Assembly: GCA_042217585.1 (NCBI GenBank)
Contig: JBDGSJ010000021.1
Span: forward strand, 1 to 36,852
Length of the DNA stretch: 36,852 bases
Direction of reading: 5' to 3'
DNA from: Candidatus Nanohaloarchaea archaeon
GTDB lineage: Archaea > Nanohalarchaeota > Nanosalinia > Nanosalinales > Nanosalinaceae
Of this stretch, positions 1-7,954 are shown piece by piece. The notes below the pieces were generated by a model that did not search any database, was not told where the DNA came from, and saw only the letters and a list, made by a program, of their open reading frames with translations. A program made the translations under genes and the position numbers. How positions within the stretch are numbered: the stretch's first letter is position 1; every line of letters starts with the position of its first letter.

Positions 1-53
1 TGCTCGTCGGGCTCATAACCCGGAGGTCCGTGGTTCAAATCCACGCCCCGCTA
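1..53 (+). tRNA. tRNA-Met(CAT), probably initiator; 5' part outside window
   Basis: Anticodon arm CGGG-CTCATAA-CCCG with CAT at 14-16 and three consecutive G-C pairs. T arm CGTGG-TTCAAAT-CCACG. Acceptor 3' strand CCCCGCT plus discriminator A, implying the A1-U72 pair of archaeal initiators. No encoded CCA. Confidence 0.93.
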
Positions 54-91
54 AGAGACCCTATTTCTGTACTGGCCCTGAAAGGACCAAG

Positions 92-102
92 AGTTTTAAG
101 CT
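92..102 (+). promoter_or_regulatory. TATA-box promoter element AGTTTTAAGCT
   Basis: The identical 11-mer recurs at 642-652. Both copies start exactly 31 nt before a start codon (ATG 123, TTG 673) and follow purine-rich BRE-like sequence. Confidence 0.7.
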
Positions 103-122
103 CAGGACCACATTGTATTCCT

Positions 123-200
123 ATGTCTCCGGAAGCGACTACGGCTGAGATTATCTCGACCGGAGACATGACTATCTCGACTATTATGCCGACCCATTAA
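123..200 (+). CDS. putative 25-aa Thr/Ile-rich small peptide MSPEATTAEIISTGDMTISTIMPTH
   Basis: ATG 123 to TAA 198-200, at the same promoter spacing as the gene at 673. Too short for the ORF track. Confidence 0.45.
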   Translation: MSPEATTAEIISTGDMTISTIMPTH

Positions 201-210
201 CGGGGTCGGC
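188..210 (+). terminator. GC-rich hairpin GCCGACCC-ATTAACG-GGGTCGGC followed by CTTGAGTTTTCT; terminator/attenuator-like
   Basis: Perfect 8-bp stem with the small-ORF stop codon in its loop and a short T tract downstream. Confidence 0.4.
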
Positions 211-311
211 CTTGAGTTTTCTCCAAGAGGTTGATCCTTCTATGCTCGCTACACAGACCTACGGCTTCTGCAACCGTTTCAAAAACCTGGGAACAGAGAA
301 GGTGGTATCCG

Positions 312-635
312 GTGCAGGAAGAGGTCCTTGAGGAGAGGTCCCGGGAGCGAGAGGTCTGGGACTACTCCGCGGACGGTCTTCTCGGTTTTCCCGCAGGGGA
401 AGAGGAGGTGGACCGCCTTTTCGAGGAGTACAGGGAAAGTGAGGTCCGCGTGGATGAGAAGGACGTCGCCGGCCTCGAATACTATGACGCGGTCCTTGAC
501 GGCGACTCAGTCAGGGCCATCGTCGGCGACAGCGCCACGGTTTACCTGAACTCGGAGGACCCTTCAGAGGAGATCCTTGAACCTTTCTACGAGGTCCTGG
601 GAGTCGAGGAAGAGGAGGTGTACGACCTGATGTAG
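312..635 (+). CDS. hypothetical acidic protein (~107 aa)
   Basis: The acidic coding-like part of ORF 231..635 begins at GTG 312, preceded by SD-like GAAGGTGG. Confidence 0.7.
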   Translation: MQEEVLEERSREREVWDYSADGLLGFPAGEEEVDRLFEEYRESEVRVDEKDVAGLEYYDAVLDGDSVRAIVGDSATVYLNSEDPSEEILEPFYEVLGVEEEEVYDLM

Positions 636-641
636 GAAAAC

Positions 642-652
642 AGTTTTAAGCT
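642..652 (+). promoter_or_regulatory. TATA-box promoter element AGTTTTAAGCT
   Basis: 31 nt upstream of TTG 673; preceded by GGAAAAC (BRE-like). Confidence 0.7.
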
Positions 653-672
653 GGTCCTTCAAGTTTTCAACG

Positions 673-1137
673 TTGATATCCGTAACTCACCTGATATTTG
701 GACTTGCAGTAGCCTACATACTCGATAGGCGTGTCGCTACAGCCATGATATTCTCTGTAGCCCCTGATTTCGACATAACTTTCAGTTTCATGTACCCGTT
801 CACCCACAGGGGCATAACACACACCTTTCTCGCCGCGGGCGTCTTCACTCTGCTGACTTACGTCTACACAGAGGACCGCGTTTCCGCGGAGAGCTGTGCG
901 CTCGGGTATCTTTCCCATCTCGGACTGGACCTTCTGACCCTCTCGGGGATGCATCTTCTCTTCCCGTTTCAGGGCTCTTTCTCGCTCGGGATGAGTTCTG
1001 CGTACAGTCTGAAGGCAAATACTGCGATTATAGCGCTGTCGGGCGGGGCGATGGCCGCGAAGAAGCACAGGGAGGTATTTGCACCAGTCCTCGAGGAACT
1101 GTACGGGTCGTTCAGTGCGGTCTCAGGCCACCACTAA
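673..1137 (+). CDS. membrane-bound metal-dependent hydrolase (YdjM/DUF457-like)
   Basis: Motifs TH, APDFD, HRGITHT and SHLGLD with hydrophobic helices. Confidence 0.85.
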   Translation: MISVTHLIFGLAVAYILDRRVATAMIFSVAPDFDITFSFMYPFTHRGITHTFLAAGVFTLLTYVYTEDRVSAESCALGYLSHLGLDLLTLSGMHLLFPFQGSFSLGMSSAYSLKANTAIIALSGGAMAAKKHREVFAPVLEELYGSFSAVSGHH

Positions 1138-1208
1138 GTTAAATAAGATTTGAGTGTAATCTGGATTCAGGGGATTTCAGAGAGGGGAGTGATGAAGGAG
1201 GATAACTG

Positions 1209-1523
1209 ATGAAGAAAACAGGCACCGTCCTGATACAGGTCATGCAGGAGATCTCCCGCATGAACGACAGGACCGCCGCAGAGATCAAGGTGAACAGGAA
1301 CATCTGTAACGCGAGGAAGTTCGAGAGCCTTTTCAGGCAGTTCATCAAGGGCACGGTCCTGGAGAGGATGAGCCTGAGGTTCTCGGAGATGCAGCCCCGG
1401 GCTTCGTGCATATGCGGATATGAGGAAGATATAAGCAGGGACCACAGCGGATACATCCAGTGCCCGGACTGCGGGAAGTTCGCCGAGGTGAAGGATACCT
1501 CCTACCGGATAGAGAACTCCTGA
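1209..1523 (+). CDS. HypA/HybF-like zinc-finger protein lacking the N-terminal MHE Ni-binding motif
   Basis: FIKGTVLERMSLRFSEMQPRASCICG...QCPDCG follows the HypA C-terminal pattern. SD GAAGGAGG upstream. Confidence 0.6.
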   Translation: MKKTGTVLIQVMQEISRMNDRTAAEIKVNRNICNARKFESLFRQFIKGTVLERMSLRFSEMQPRASCICGYEEDISRDHSGYIQCPDCGKFAEVKDTSYRIENS

Positions 1524-1559
1524 AAAGGTAAAGAGCCGGACCACGATTCCTGAGCAGAA

Positions 1560-1667
1560 GCCGGGGTAGCCAAGTCAGGCCAAAGGCGACGGACTCAAGA
1601 CCTCCCCTCCGGAGGTGTAGAGATCCGTTCCCGCAGGGGTTCATGGGTTCAAATCCTATCCCCGGCA
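1560..1667 (+). tRNA. tRNA-Leu(CAA) with 23-nt intron (about 1600-1622)
   Basis: Acceptor GCCGGGG/CCCCGGC+A. Anticodon stem ACGGA/TCCGT with CT-CAA-G. Long variable arm CCC-GCA-GGG. T arm ATGGG-TTCAAAT-CCTAT. Intron hairpin ACCTCC/GGAGGT. Confidence 0.92.
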
Positions 1668-1781
1668 TCAAACCCTGATCCTGGCGATGAAGGAACCGCA
1701 GAGCAGTTTCGAATCAGACCTCCGGCAAGCCTTCTGAAGAAGAATTCGACGGGCATCTTACCCGGGAAAACCTTGTCCGGT

Positions 1782-2147
1782 TCAGCGCCGGCCGTCCAGT
1801 TCTGTGAGCTCCTTCTGGAGCTTCTCCAGCTCACTGTGCAGCTCGCTGATCGAGTTGTCTATCTCGATGTCCTGGCCCTCCTGCTGGTCGATGTCAAGGT
1901 CCTGTTTCGGCTGACTTTCGTCCTCGATCTCGGGAAGCCTCTCGCCCACGTCCGCCATCTTGGCGTTGAGAGATGATATATCCTCGTCGATAGCGTCGAG
2001 CGTCTGCCGCTTCAGATCTCTAATCTGGTCCATTATCTCGATGGCTTCCTGGATGTTGTCCATCACCTGCTCTATGGTCTCCAGGTCGTCGAGCAGAACT
2101 TTGTGGCCGCTCAGCCTGACGTAAAGCTGGTTGTCTTCAGAGGGCAT
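1782..2147 (-). CDS. hypothetical coiled-coil protein
   Basis: Acidic heptad-rich 121-aa ORF with a TATA-like TTTTTAAT about 25-30 nt upstream on the minus strand. Confidence 0.8.
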   Translation of the reverse strand: MPSEDNQLYVRLSGHKVLLDDLETIEQVMDNIQEAIEIMDQIRDLKRQTLDAIDEDISSLNAKMADVGERLPEIEDESQPKQDLDIDQQEGQDIEIDNSISELHSELEKLQKELTELDGRR

Positions 2148-2206
2148 ATGTAGAGATTCTTTTTGCCGTTATTAAAAATAACCTGTGGGGAGGTGGAAAA
2201 GCAGCA

Positions 2207-2276
2207 GGCGTCAGAGGTGTTCAGCTGTCATCATCCCGGTTTCCCGGCTCAGACGATGTCGTTCCTCATCATCGCC
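2207..2276 (-). ncRNA. archaeal C/D-box 2'-O-methylation guide sRNA
   Basis: Minus strand reads GGCG-ATGATGA(C)-GGAACGACATCGT-CTGA(D')-GCCGGGAAACCGGG-ATGATGA(C')-CAGCTGAACACCT-CTGA(D)-CGCC. All four boxes are perfect, both guides are 13 nt, and there is a 4-bp terminal stem plus an internal hairpin. Confidence 0.92.
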
Positions 2277-2284
2277 CCTTGATC

Positions 2285-2788
2285 CTACTCGGTGTAACGT
2301 CCCGAGTAACCCTCTGTCTCGTTTACCCTCCGGAATATTATATGGTTGACCCGGGCGTTCTCCTTGATCTCGATGCCGTCCGGGTTCTCGACCACCAGCA
2401 TGAAGCTGGACCTCCCGCGGAAGCCCGCGTCCCAGACACCGTTCTCTATGGACGCCCCCATCCTCAGCAACGAGGACCTCGGGAACGCCAGCGCGATCAT
2501 ATCCTCCGGGAGGTCCACGGTCTCGTTGGTCACGACCTTGTACGCGCCCGGCTCAAGCTTCCACCAGCCGTAATCGTCCTCCGGGTCCTTCTTCTCCGGC
2601 TCTATGGGTTCGCTGTCTGGTATCTCCCGTTCCGAGTTGGAGAAATCCAGCTTCCCCGGACCCTGGAACTCGTGTATCTCGCCGGCGGTCAGGTCGAAGC
2701 CGTTCGGCGTCAGCTGGGTTTCAAGGTGTGGATAGTCCTCGATAAGGCCGTTCTCGATGGCCTCCCTGAGTTCTTCGCGGTTCAGCAT
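2285..2788 (-). CDS. dut: archaeal trimeric dUTPase (dCTP deaminase/dUTPase superfamily)
   Basis: Motifs PNGFDLT, PRSSLLRMG, GVWDAGFRGR and C-terminal EGYSGRY. Confidence 0.85.
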   Translation of the reverse strand: MLNREELREAIENGLIEDYPHLETQLTPNGFDLTAGEIHEFQGPGKLDFSNSEREIPDSEPIEPEKKDPEDDYGWWKLEPGAYKVVTNETVDLPEDMIALAFPRSSLLRMGASIENGVWDAGFRGRSSFMLVVENPDGIEIKENARVNHIIFRRVNETEGYSGRYTE

Positions 2789-2853
2789 GCGTACAGTTAA
2801 GGGTCTCGAGCACTAAAAACTGTTCAGAGACCCCGGAAGAATTAAAAAGGGCA

Positions 2854-2873
2854 AACGTAATACAACGTAATAC
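2854..2873 (+). repeat. perfect 10-bp tandem repeat AACGTAATAC x2, operator-like
   Basis: Lies between TATA-like ATTAAAAA (2841-2848) and ATG 2876. Confidence 0.6.
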
Positions 2874-2875
2874 GA

Positions 2876-3913
2876 ATGGTCCGCATGGTAGACCTTGAGC
2901 ACGAGAACATAGTGACCGGGGGAGAACAGGGACTTCTTGAATGGCCGCACGAGCCCGACGAGAACGGGCTGTATCCAGCCACGCTGAACGATGAGAACGA
3001 CGACATGCAGCACTACTGGATACGGGACAACTACTTCATCTACCGTGCGATCGGGGACGAGAGGATACCGGAGGCTTTCGCCGAGATAGTGGACCGCCAC
3101 GGCGAGAAGATAGACGCCGCGCTGGAGGGCGACACAGTTCCCGCAGAGGACCCCCTCCACATCAAGTACGGAAGGGACCTGGAGGAGGTCAACGATGAAT
3201 GGGGACACTTCCAGATAGATTCGTACGCCCAGATGCTCGAAGTTCTGGCGGAGAACGACTACATGGACCGCGCCGGAAAGGTCCACGACTACATCTCCGA
3301 GATAGACCGCTTCCACTGGGACGAGGGACCCTGGGAGAACGACCACCGCGAGGAATACGCCTACTCCCACGCACAGGTGGCAAAGGCGCTGCAGACCTAC
3401 TCCGAGAAAGGAGGAAACGTCCCGCAGGAGCAGATAGATTTCCACGTCGAGAAGGTCCACGAACTCGCCCCTCAGGAAGACCTCCACGACCTCCTTATAC
3501 TTTACGACGAACCTGATTTCGTGGACGAGGAGCTAAGGGACGAGATACTGATGTCAGTGGAACCGCTGGTCGGTCCTCACGGCGTGAAACGGTTCCGGGG
3601 AGATCGCTGGAGCGGCATCCACCACTACGAGGAGGACAGGGAAGAACCGCAGTGGAACTTCGGCCACCTCCTGATGTACCAGGTTACCGGTGAGGACCGG
3701 TACCTGAAACGGCAGAGACAGATCAGGGAGGAGCACGGCGGGATACCCGAAAGCATGGAGGACCACGGCGGCGAGTACAGAGGTAACGTGAACACGCCGC
3801 TGCTCTGGGCGGAGGCCCTCTACTTCGAGGCGGAGAGGGACCACGCCGCGGAGCAGGCCGATTTCATGGACCGCCAGTCGGAGCTGCCCGACGTTCCCGG
3901 GGAGGCGTTCTGA
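2876..3913 (+). CDS. GH15-like six-hairpin glycosidase (glucoamylase/trehalase-related)
   Basis: Motifs YWIRDN, HFQIDS, DEGPWE (acid Glu region), GVKRF.GD and GIPE...NTPLLWAEA (base Glu region). No signal peptide. Confidence 0.75.
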   Translation: MVRMVDLEHENIVTGGEQGLLEWPHEPDENGLYPATLNDENDDMQHYWIRDNYFIYRAIGDERIPEAFAEIVDRHGEKIDAALEGDTVPAEDPLHIKYGRDLEEVNDEWGHFQIDSYAQMLEVLAENDYMDRAGKVHDYISEIDRFHWDEGPWENDHREEYAYSHAQVAKALQTYSEKGGNVPQEQIDFHVEKVHELAPQEDLHDLLILYDEPDFVDEELRDEILMSVEPLVGPHGVKRFRGDRWSGIHHYEEDREEPQWNFGHLLMYQVTGEDRYLKRQRQIREEHGGIPESMEDHGGEYRGNVNTPLLWAEALYFEAERDHAAEQADFMDRQSELPDVPGEAF

Positions 3914-3964
3914 GCGGCTCAGAAATAAAAGAGTGGGAGCCGAACAGTTGTTTGGCTGAAAACC

Positions 3965-5275
3965 ATGATGGAAAGAACCTACACCCACGACATCACCCCG
4001 GAGGACGACGGCGAGGAAGTCGCTGTCGCGGGGTGGGCCCACGAGATACGAGACCTCGGGGGCATCACGTTCGTCATCCTGCGCGACCGAAAAGGCCAGA
4101 TACAGGTAACATTCAAGGAGGACGAGAATAACGAGCTCTTCGATAATGCGCAGGACATAGGCAAGGAGGACGTTATACAGGTAAAGGGTGTAGTCGAGGA
4201 GAACGACCAGGCGCCCGGCGACCGGGAGATACAGCCCTCAGAACTTGAAATAATCGGAGAAGCGGAATCTCCCCTGCCGATGGACATCTCCAAGGACATC
4301 GACACCGACCTGTCCACCAGGCTGGACAACCGGTTCATGGACCTCAGGAAGCCGGAGATCCACGCCATCTTCTCCCTCAGGAGCAAGGCCCTCGAGGCCA
4401 TGGAGGAATGGTTCGAGGAAGAGGACTACATCAACATCCAGACACCGATAATCTCGAAGGAGGGCGCCGAGGGAGGAGCAGACCTCTTCCCCGTGATCTA
4501 CTACGACGAGGAGGCATTCCTCTCACAGAGCCCCCAGCTCTACAAGCAGATGCTGATGGCCGCAGGGTTCGACAAGGTCTACGAGACCGGGACCGCGTTC
4601 CGCGCCGAGGACTTCGCCACCTCCCGCCACGTCTCCGAGATCTCCATGTTCGACGTCGAACTAGCCTTCATAGACGACCACCACGACGTCATGGACGTGC
4701 AGGAGGAAAGCCTCAGGTACACCCTGAGAAAAGTCAGGGAGCGGGCCGCAGACGAACTCGACACCCTCGGAGTCGACCTGGAGGTCCCCGAAGACGACTT
4801 CCCGAGGATAAAGTTCCAGGAAGCCCGCCGCATCCTCAGAGAGGAGTACGACCACGTACCGGACGACGACAACGACCTGGACACAAAGGGCGAGAAACTC
4901 CTGGGAGAACACTTCGAGGAGAAGGGACACCCCGCCTTCTTCGTAGTAGGATTCCCCGACGAAAAATTCTACTACATGCAGGACGTGGAAGGCGACGACA
5001 TCGCCTCAAGAAAGTTCGACCTGATCTACAAGGGACAGGAACTCACCTCCGGGGGACAGAGAGAACACGACATGGACACCCTGATGGAATCACTTCGGGA
5101 AGAAGGCGCGGACCCGGAGGACTTCGAATTCTACCTCGAAGCCTTCAAATTCGGCATGCCACCCCACGGAGGCTACGGCCTCGGGATCGACCGGATGATC
5201 CAGAAGATAGCCGAACTCGACAACATAAAAGAAGCGATCCTGTTCCCGAGGGACCCCAACAGGCTGGAACCATAG
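3965..5275 (+). CDS. aspS: aspartate--tRNA(Asp/Asn) ligase, archaeal type, probably non-discriminating
   Basis: OB fold [12 protein letters not shown], motif 2 FRAE..TSRH..E and motif 3 [14 protein letters not shown]. His in GWAH and Pro in QAPG are the non-discriminating-type residues. Confidence 0.96.
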   Translation: MMERTYTHDITPEDDGEEVAVAGWAHEIRDLGGITFVILRDRKGQIQVTFKEDENNELFDNAQDIGKEDVIQVKGVVEENDQAPGDREIQPSELEIIGEAESPLPMDISKDIDTDLSTRLDNRFMDLRKPEIHAIFSLRSKALEAMEEWFEEEDYINIQTPIISKEGAEGGADLFPVIYYDEEAFLSQSPQLYKQMLMAAGFDKVYETGTAFRAEDFATSRHVSEISMFDVELAFIDDHHDVMDVQEESLRYTLRKVRERAADELDTLGVDLEVPEDDFPRIKFQEARRILREEYDHVPDDDNDLDTKGEKLLGEHFEEKGHPAFFVVGFPDEKFYYMQDVEGDDIASRKFDLIYKGQELTSGGQREHDMDTLMESLREEGADPEDFEFYLEAFKFGMPPHGGYGLGIDRMIQKIAELDNIKEAILFPRDPNRLEP

Positions 5276-5339
5276 TCATCCACTCCACATTTCGGCTTTC
5301 CCCTTTCCTTTTAATCTTGGCACGAGTATGGTTTGTTAG

Positions 5340-7877
5340 ATGCCAGAGGCCATGCAGAAGGAGGAAGAGCAGGATTACACGGGTTCGGAGACCCGTATCA
5401 ACAAGGTGACGTGCAGGGGTTTCAAGTCGTTCCAGCAGAAGACGGCGATCCCGTTTTTTGAGGGTCTGACGGCGATCGTCGGGGAGAACGGGACTGGCAA
5501 GTCGAATGTCCTGGATGCCATAAGTTTTGTTTTCGGGAGGAGGTCTTCGAAGCTGAGGGCTGAGAAGCTGGAGCAGCTGATCTTCAACGGCCCTGAGGAC
5601 CGGAAGCCGGCTGACTACGCCCATGTTACCATCTACCTGGATAACTCCTCCGGGCTGTTCGACGAGTTCCTGGATGATGAGGAAGAGGCGGATGAGGTCA
5701 CTGTGGGGAGGAAGATAACGAGGGCTGGTTCTTCGATGTACAAGTTCCAGGGGACGAACTGCAAGAGGTCCCTGATCGATGAGATAATGGAGAAGGCGAA
5801 CATCGACCCCGAGGGCTACCATTTCGTCCGGCAGGGCAAGGTGACGGAGATAGTGGAGCAGAACGACGTTGAGAGGAGGAAGGTGATAGATGATCTCTCC
5901 GGCGTCAGGGAGTTCGACGAGAAGAAGGAGGAGGCGATGGAGGAGCTTGAAGAGGTGGAGGACCGGCTGAACGAGCAGGAGATAAAGCTTGAGCAGAAGA
6001 AGGACTACCTCGAGGACCTGAAGGAGCAGAAGGAGCTGGCGCTGAAGTACCGGGAGCTTGAGGAGCGGAAGGAGAAGCTCCAGGCTTCGATACTTGAGGT
6101 CCGGAAACGGGCGCTCTCCAACAGGCTGGCGAACATCAATACCGATACCTCGGAGAAACGTGAAAGGATCGAGGAGCTTGAAGAGGAGCTGGAGGAGATA
6201 GATGAGAGGATAGAGGAGAAGCAGGACCGTATCGAGGAGATAGAGGAGCAGGAGTCGGCGAACACGGATATCGAGCACCTGGAGAACAGGATCGATAAGA
6301 AGGAGGGCAAGATAGAGAACAAGAGGGAGAAGATAAAGGACCTCGAGGAGACGATAGAGGAGCTGGAGAAGATGCAGAAGAACCGGAACACCGGTTCAAG
6401 GGCCGTGGACGCGGTCCTCTCCATGGACAACAGCAAGGTGGAGGGGATGTTCCAGGACCTGATCTCGGTGGAGGACCGTTTCGCCGTTGCCATAGATACA
6501 GCGGCCGGCGGCCACATGAACGACGTCGTGGTGCAGGACAAGCAGACCGCTGTCGACTGCATAAACTACCTGAAGAGGGAGAACATCGGCAGGGCGCGGT
6601 TCCTGCCCCTCGACAAGATCAAGGACCGGTCCAAGAGCGCGAAGGCGAAGATGGCGAAAAAGAAGAAGGGAGTGATCGGTTTCGCCGCGGACCTGGTCGA
6701 CAACGACCAGGGATACGACAAGGCGGTCCGGCACGTCTTCAGCGATACGCTGATCGCGGAGGACCTTGACTCTGTGAAGGATATCGACGGTATCAGGGTT
6801 GTCACACTTGACGGGGACGTGATGTCCCGCGGCGGTTCGATGAGCGGTGGAAAGAAGAAAAAGAAGAGGAAGAAGAGCAGCGGGGCTTCATCGGACCGTC
6901 TGGATCCTGACAAGAAGAGGAAGGAGAAGGAGGAGCTCGAGGACGAGATAGAGGACCTCCAGAAGGACGTGGCGGAGCTGAAGCAGATGAAGGAGAGGAA
7001 AGAGGAGGATTCGGAGTCGGACGATGAGCTCAGGGAGGAGAAGAAGAACCTGAGGGATGAGCTCAGTGATCTCCGGGATGAGAGGCAGGAGAAGTACAGC
7101 GAGAAGCAGAAGCTGGAGACCAAGGTGGACGAGGTCGGCCAGAAGAAGGCGAACCTGAAGGCTGAGCTGGAGAACGTCAAGGAGGACCTGGAGGAGTACG
7201 ATTTCGACGAGGACGAGCTCGTGGGCCTGGATTCGACGCCCGAGGAGCTGAAGAAAAAGAAGAGGAAGGTGATCAACAAGCAGAACTCGATGGGTCCGGT
7301 GAACATGCGCGCCATCGACGAGTACAAGGAGAAGAAGGAGGAGTACGACGAGTTCGAGGAGAAGGTATCGGAGGTCCGGCAGGAGAAGCTGGAGATAGAG
7401 GACATGATAGAGGAGATAGAGCAGAACAAGCGGGAGCAGTTCATGGAGGTCTTCGAGGAGATAAACAGGAACTTCTCCGAGATATTCGAGAAGCTTTTCG
7501 ACGGGGGAGAGGCGGAGCTGGTCCTGGAGGACGACGACATCGAGAAGGGACTGAAGATCAGGGCCGCTCCTCCGGACAAGGACCCTCACATCATAGATGC
7601 GCTCTCCGGCGGGGAGAAGACGTTGACGGCTATCGCGTTCGTCTTCGCGATCCTTGAGTACGAGGAGTCGCCTTTTTACATCATGGACGAGATCGATGCG
7701 GCGCTGGACGACACGAACTCCAAGAAGCTGAGCGAGCTCCTGAAGGAGTACGCGGAGGGCAACCAGTTCATCGTGATCTCCCACAACGATATCACGGTCC
7801 GGCACGCCGAGCGCGCCTACGGCGTCTCGATGAGGAAGGGCGTGACCAAGATGCGGAGCATCGAACTGGAGGAATAG
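5340..7877 (+). CDS. smc: SMC ATPase with short coiled-coil arms (845 aa)
   Basis: Walker A GENGTGKSN, Q-loop VRQG, hinge GRARFLPL...VTLDGD..GGSMSGG, signature LSGGEK, Walker B YIMDEIDAALD and ISH switch. Confidence 0.95.
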   Translation: MPEAMQKEEEQDYTGSETRINKVTCRGFKSFQQKTAIPFFEGLTAIVGENGTGKSNVLDAISFVFGRRSSKLRAEKLEQLIFNGPEDRKPADYAHVTIYLDNSSGLFDEFLDDEEEADEVTVGRKITRAGSSMYKFQGTNCKRSLIDEIMEKANIDPEGYHFVRQGKVTEIVEQNDVERRKVIDDLSGVREFDEKKEEAMEELEEVEDRLNEQEIKLEQKKDYLEDLKEQKELALKYRELEERKEKLQASILEVRKRALSNRLANINTDTSEKRERIEELEEELEEIDERIEEKQDRIEEIEEQESANTDIEHLENRIDKKEGKIENKREKIKDLEETIEELEKMQKNRNTGSRAVDAVLSMDNSKVEGMFQDLISVEDRFAVAIDTAAGGHMNDVVVQDKQTAVDCINYLKRENIGRARFLPLDKIKDRSKSAKAKMAKKKKGVIGFAADLVDNDQGYDKAVRHVFSDTLIAEDLDSVKDIDGIRVVTLDGDVMSRGGSMSGGKKKKKRKKSSGASSDRLDPDKKRKEKEELEDEIEDLQKDVAELKQMKERKEEDSESDDELREEKKNLRDELSDLRDERQEKYSEKQKLETKVDEVGQKKANLKAELENVKEDLEEYDFDEDELVGLDSTPEELKKKKRKVINKQNSMGPVNMRAIDEYKEKKEEYDEFEEKVSEVRQEKLEIEDMIEEIEQNKREQFMEVFEEINRNFSEIFEKLFDGGEAELVLEDDDIEKGLKIRAAPPDKDPHIIDALSGGEKTLTAIAFVFAILEYEESPFYIMDEIDAALDDTNSKKLSELLKEYAEGNQFIVISHNDITVRHAERAYGVSMRKGVTKMRSIELEE

Positions 7878-7954
7878 GCGGACCGCACCTGTTAAAAGCC
7901 TGAAGCCCCCATTCACGGTGTAAGGGGGTTGAGGGGGGTCGACCGTGGAGTTTT

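Noticed and set aside
242..331. 29-aa ORF MLATQTYGFCNRFKNLGTEKVVSGAGRGP after SD-like GAGGTTGA
   Set aside because: Composition is unlike the proteome, it overlaps the better-supported GTG 312 gene, and there is no other support.
2168..2182. Inverted repeat GTTATT-AAA-AATAAC over the promoter of the 1782-2147 gene
   Set aside because: Only 6-bp AT-rich arms coinciding with the TATA box, and no second copy was seen.
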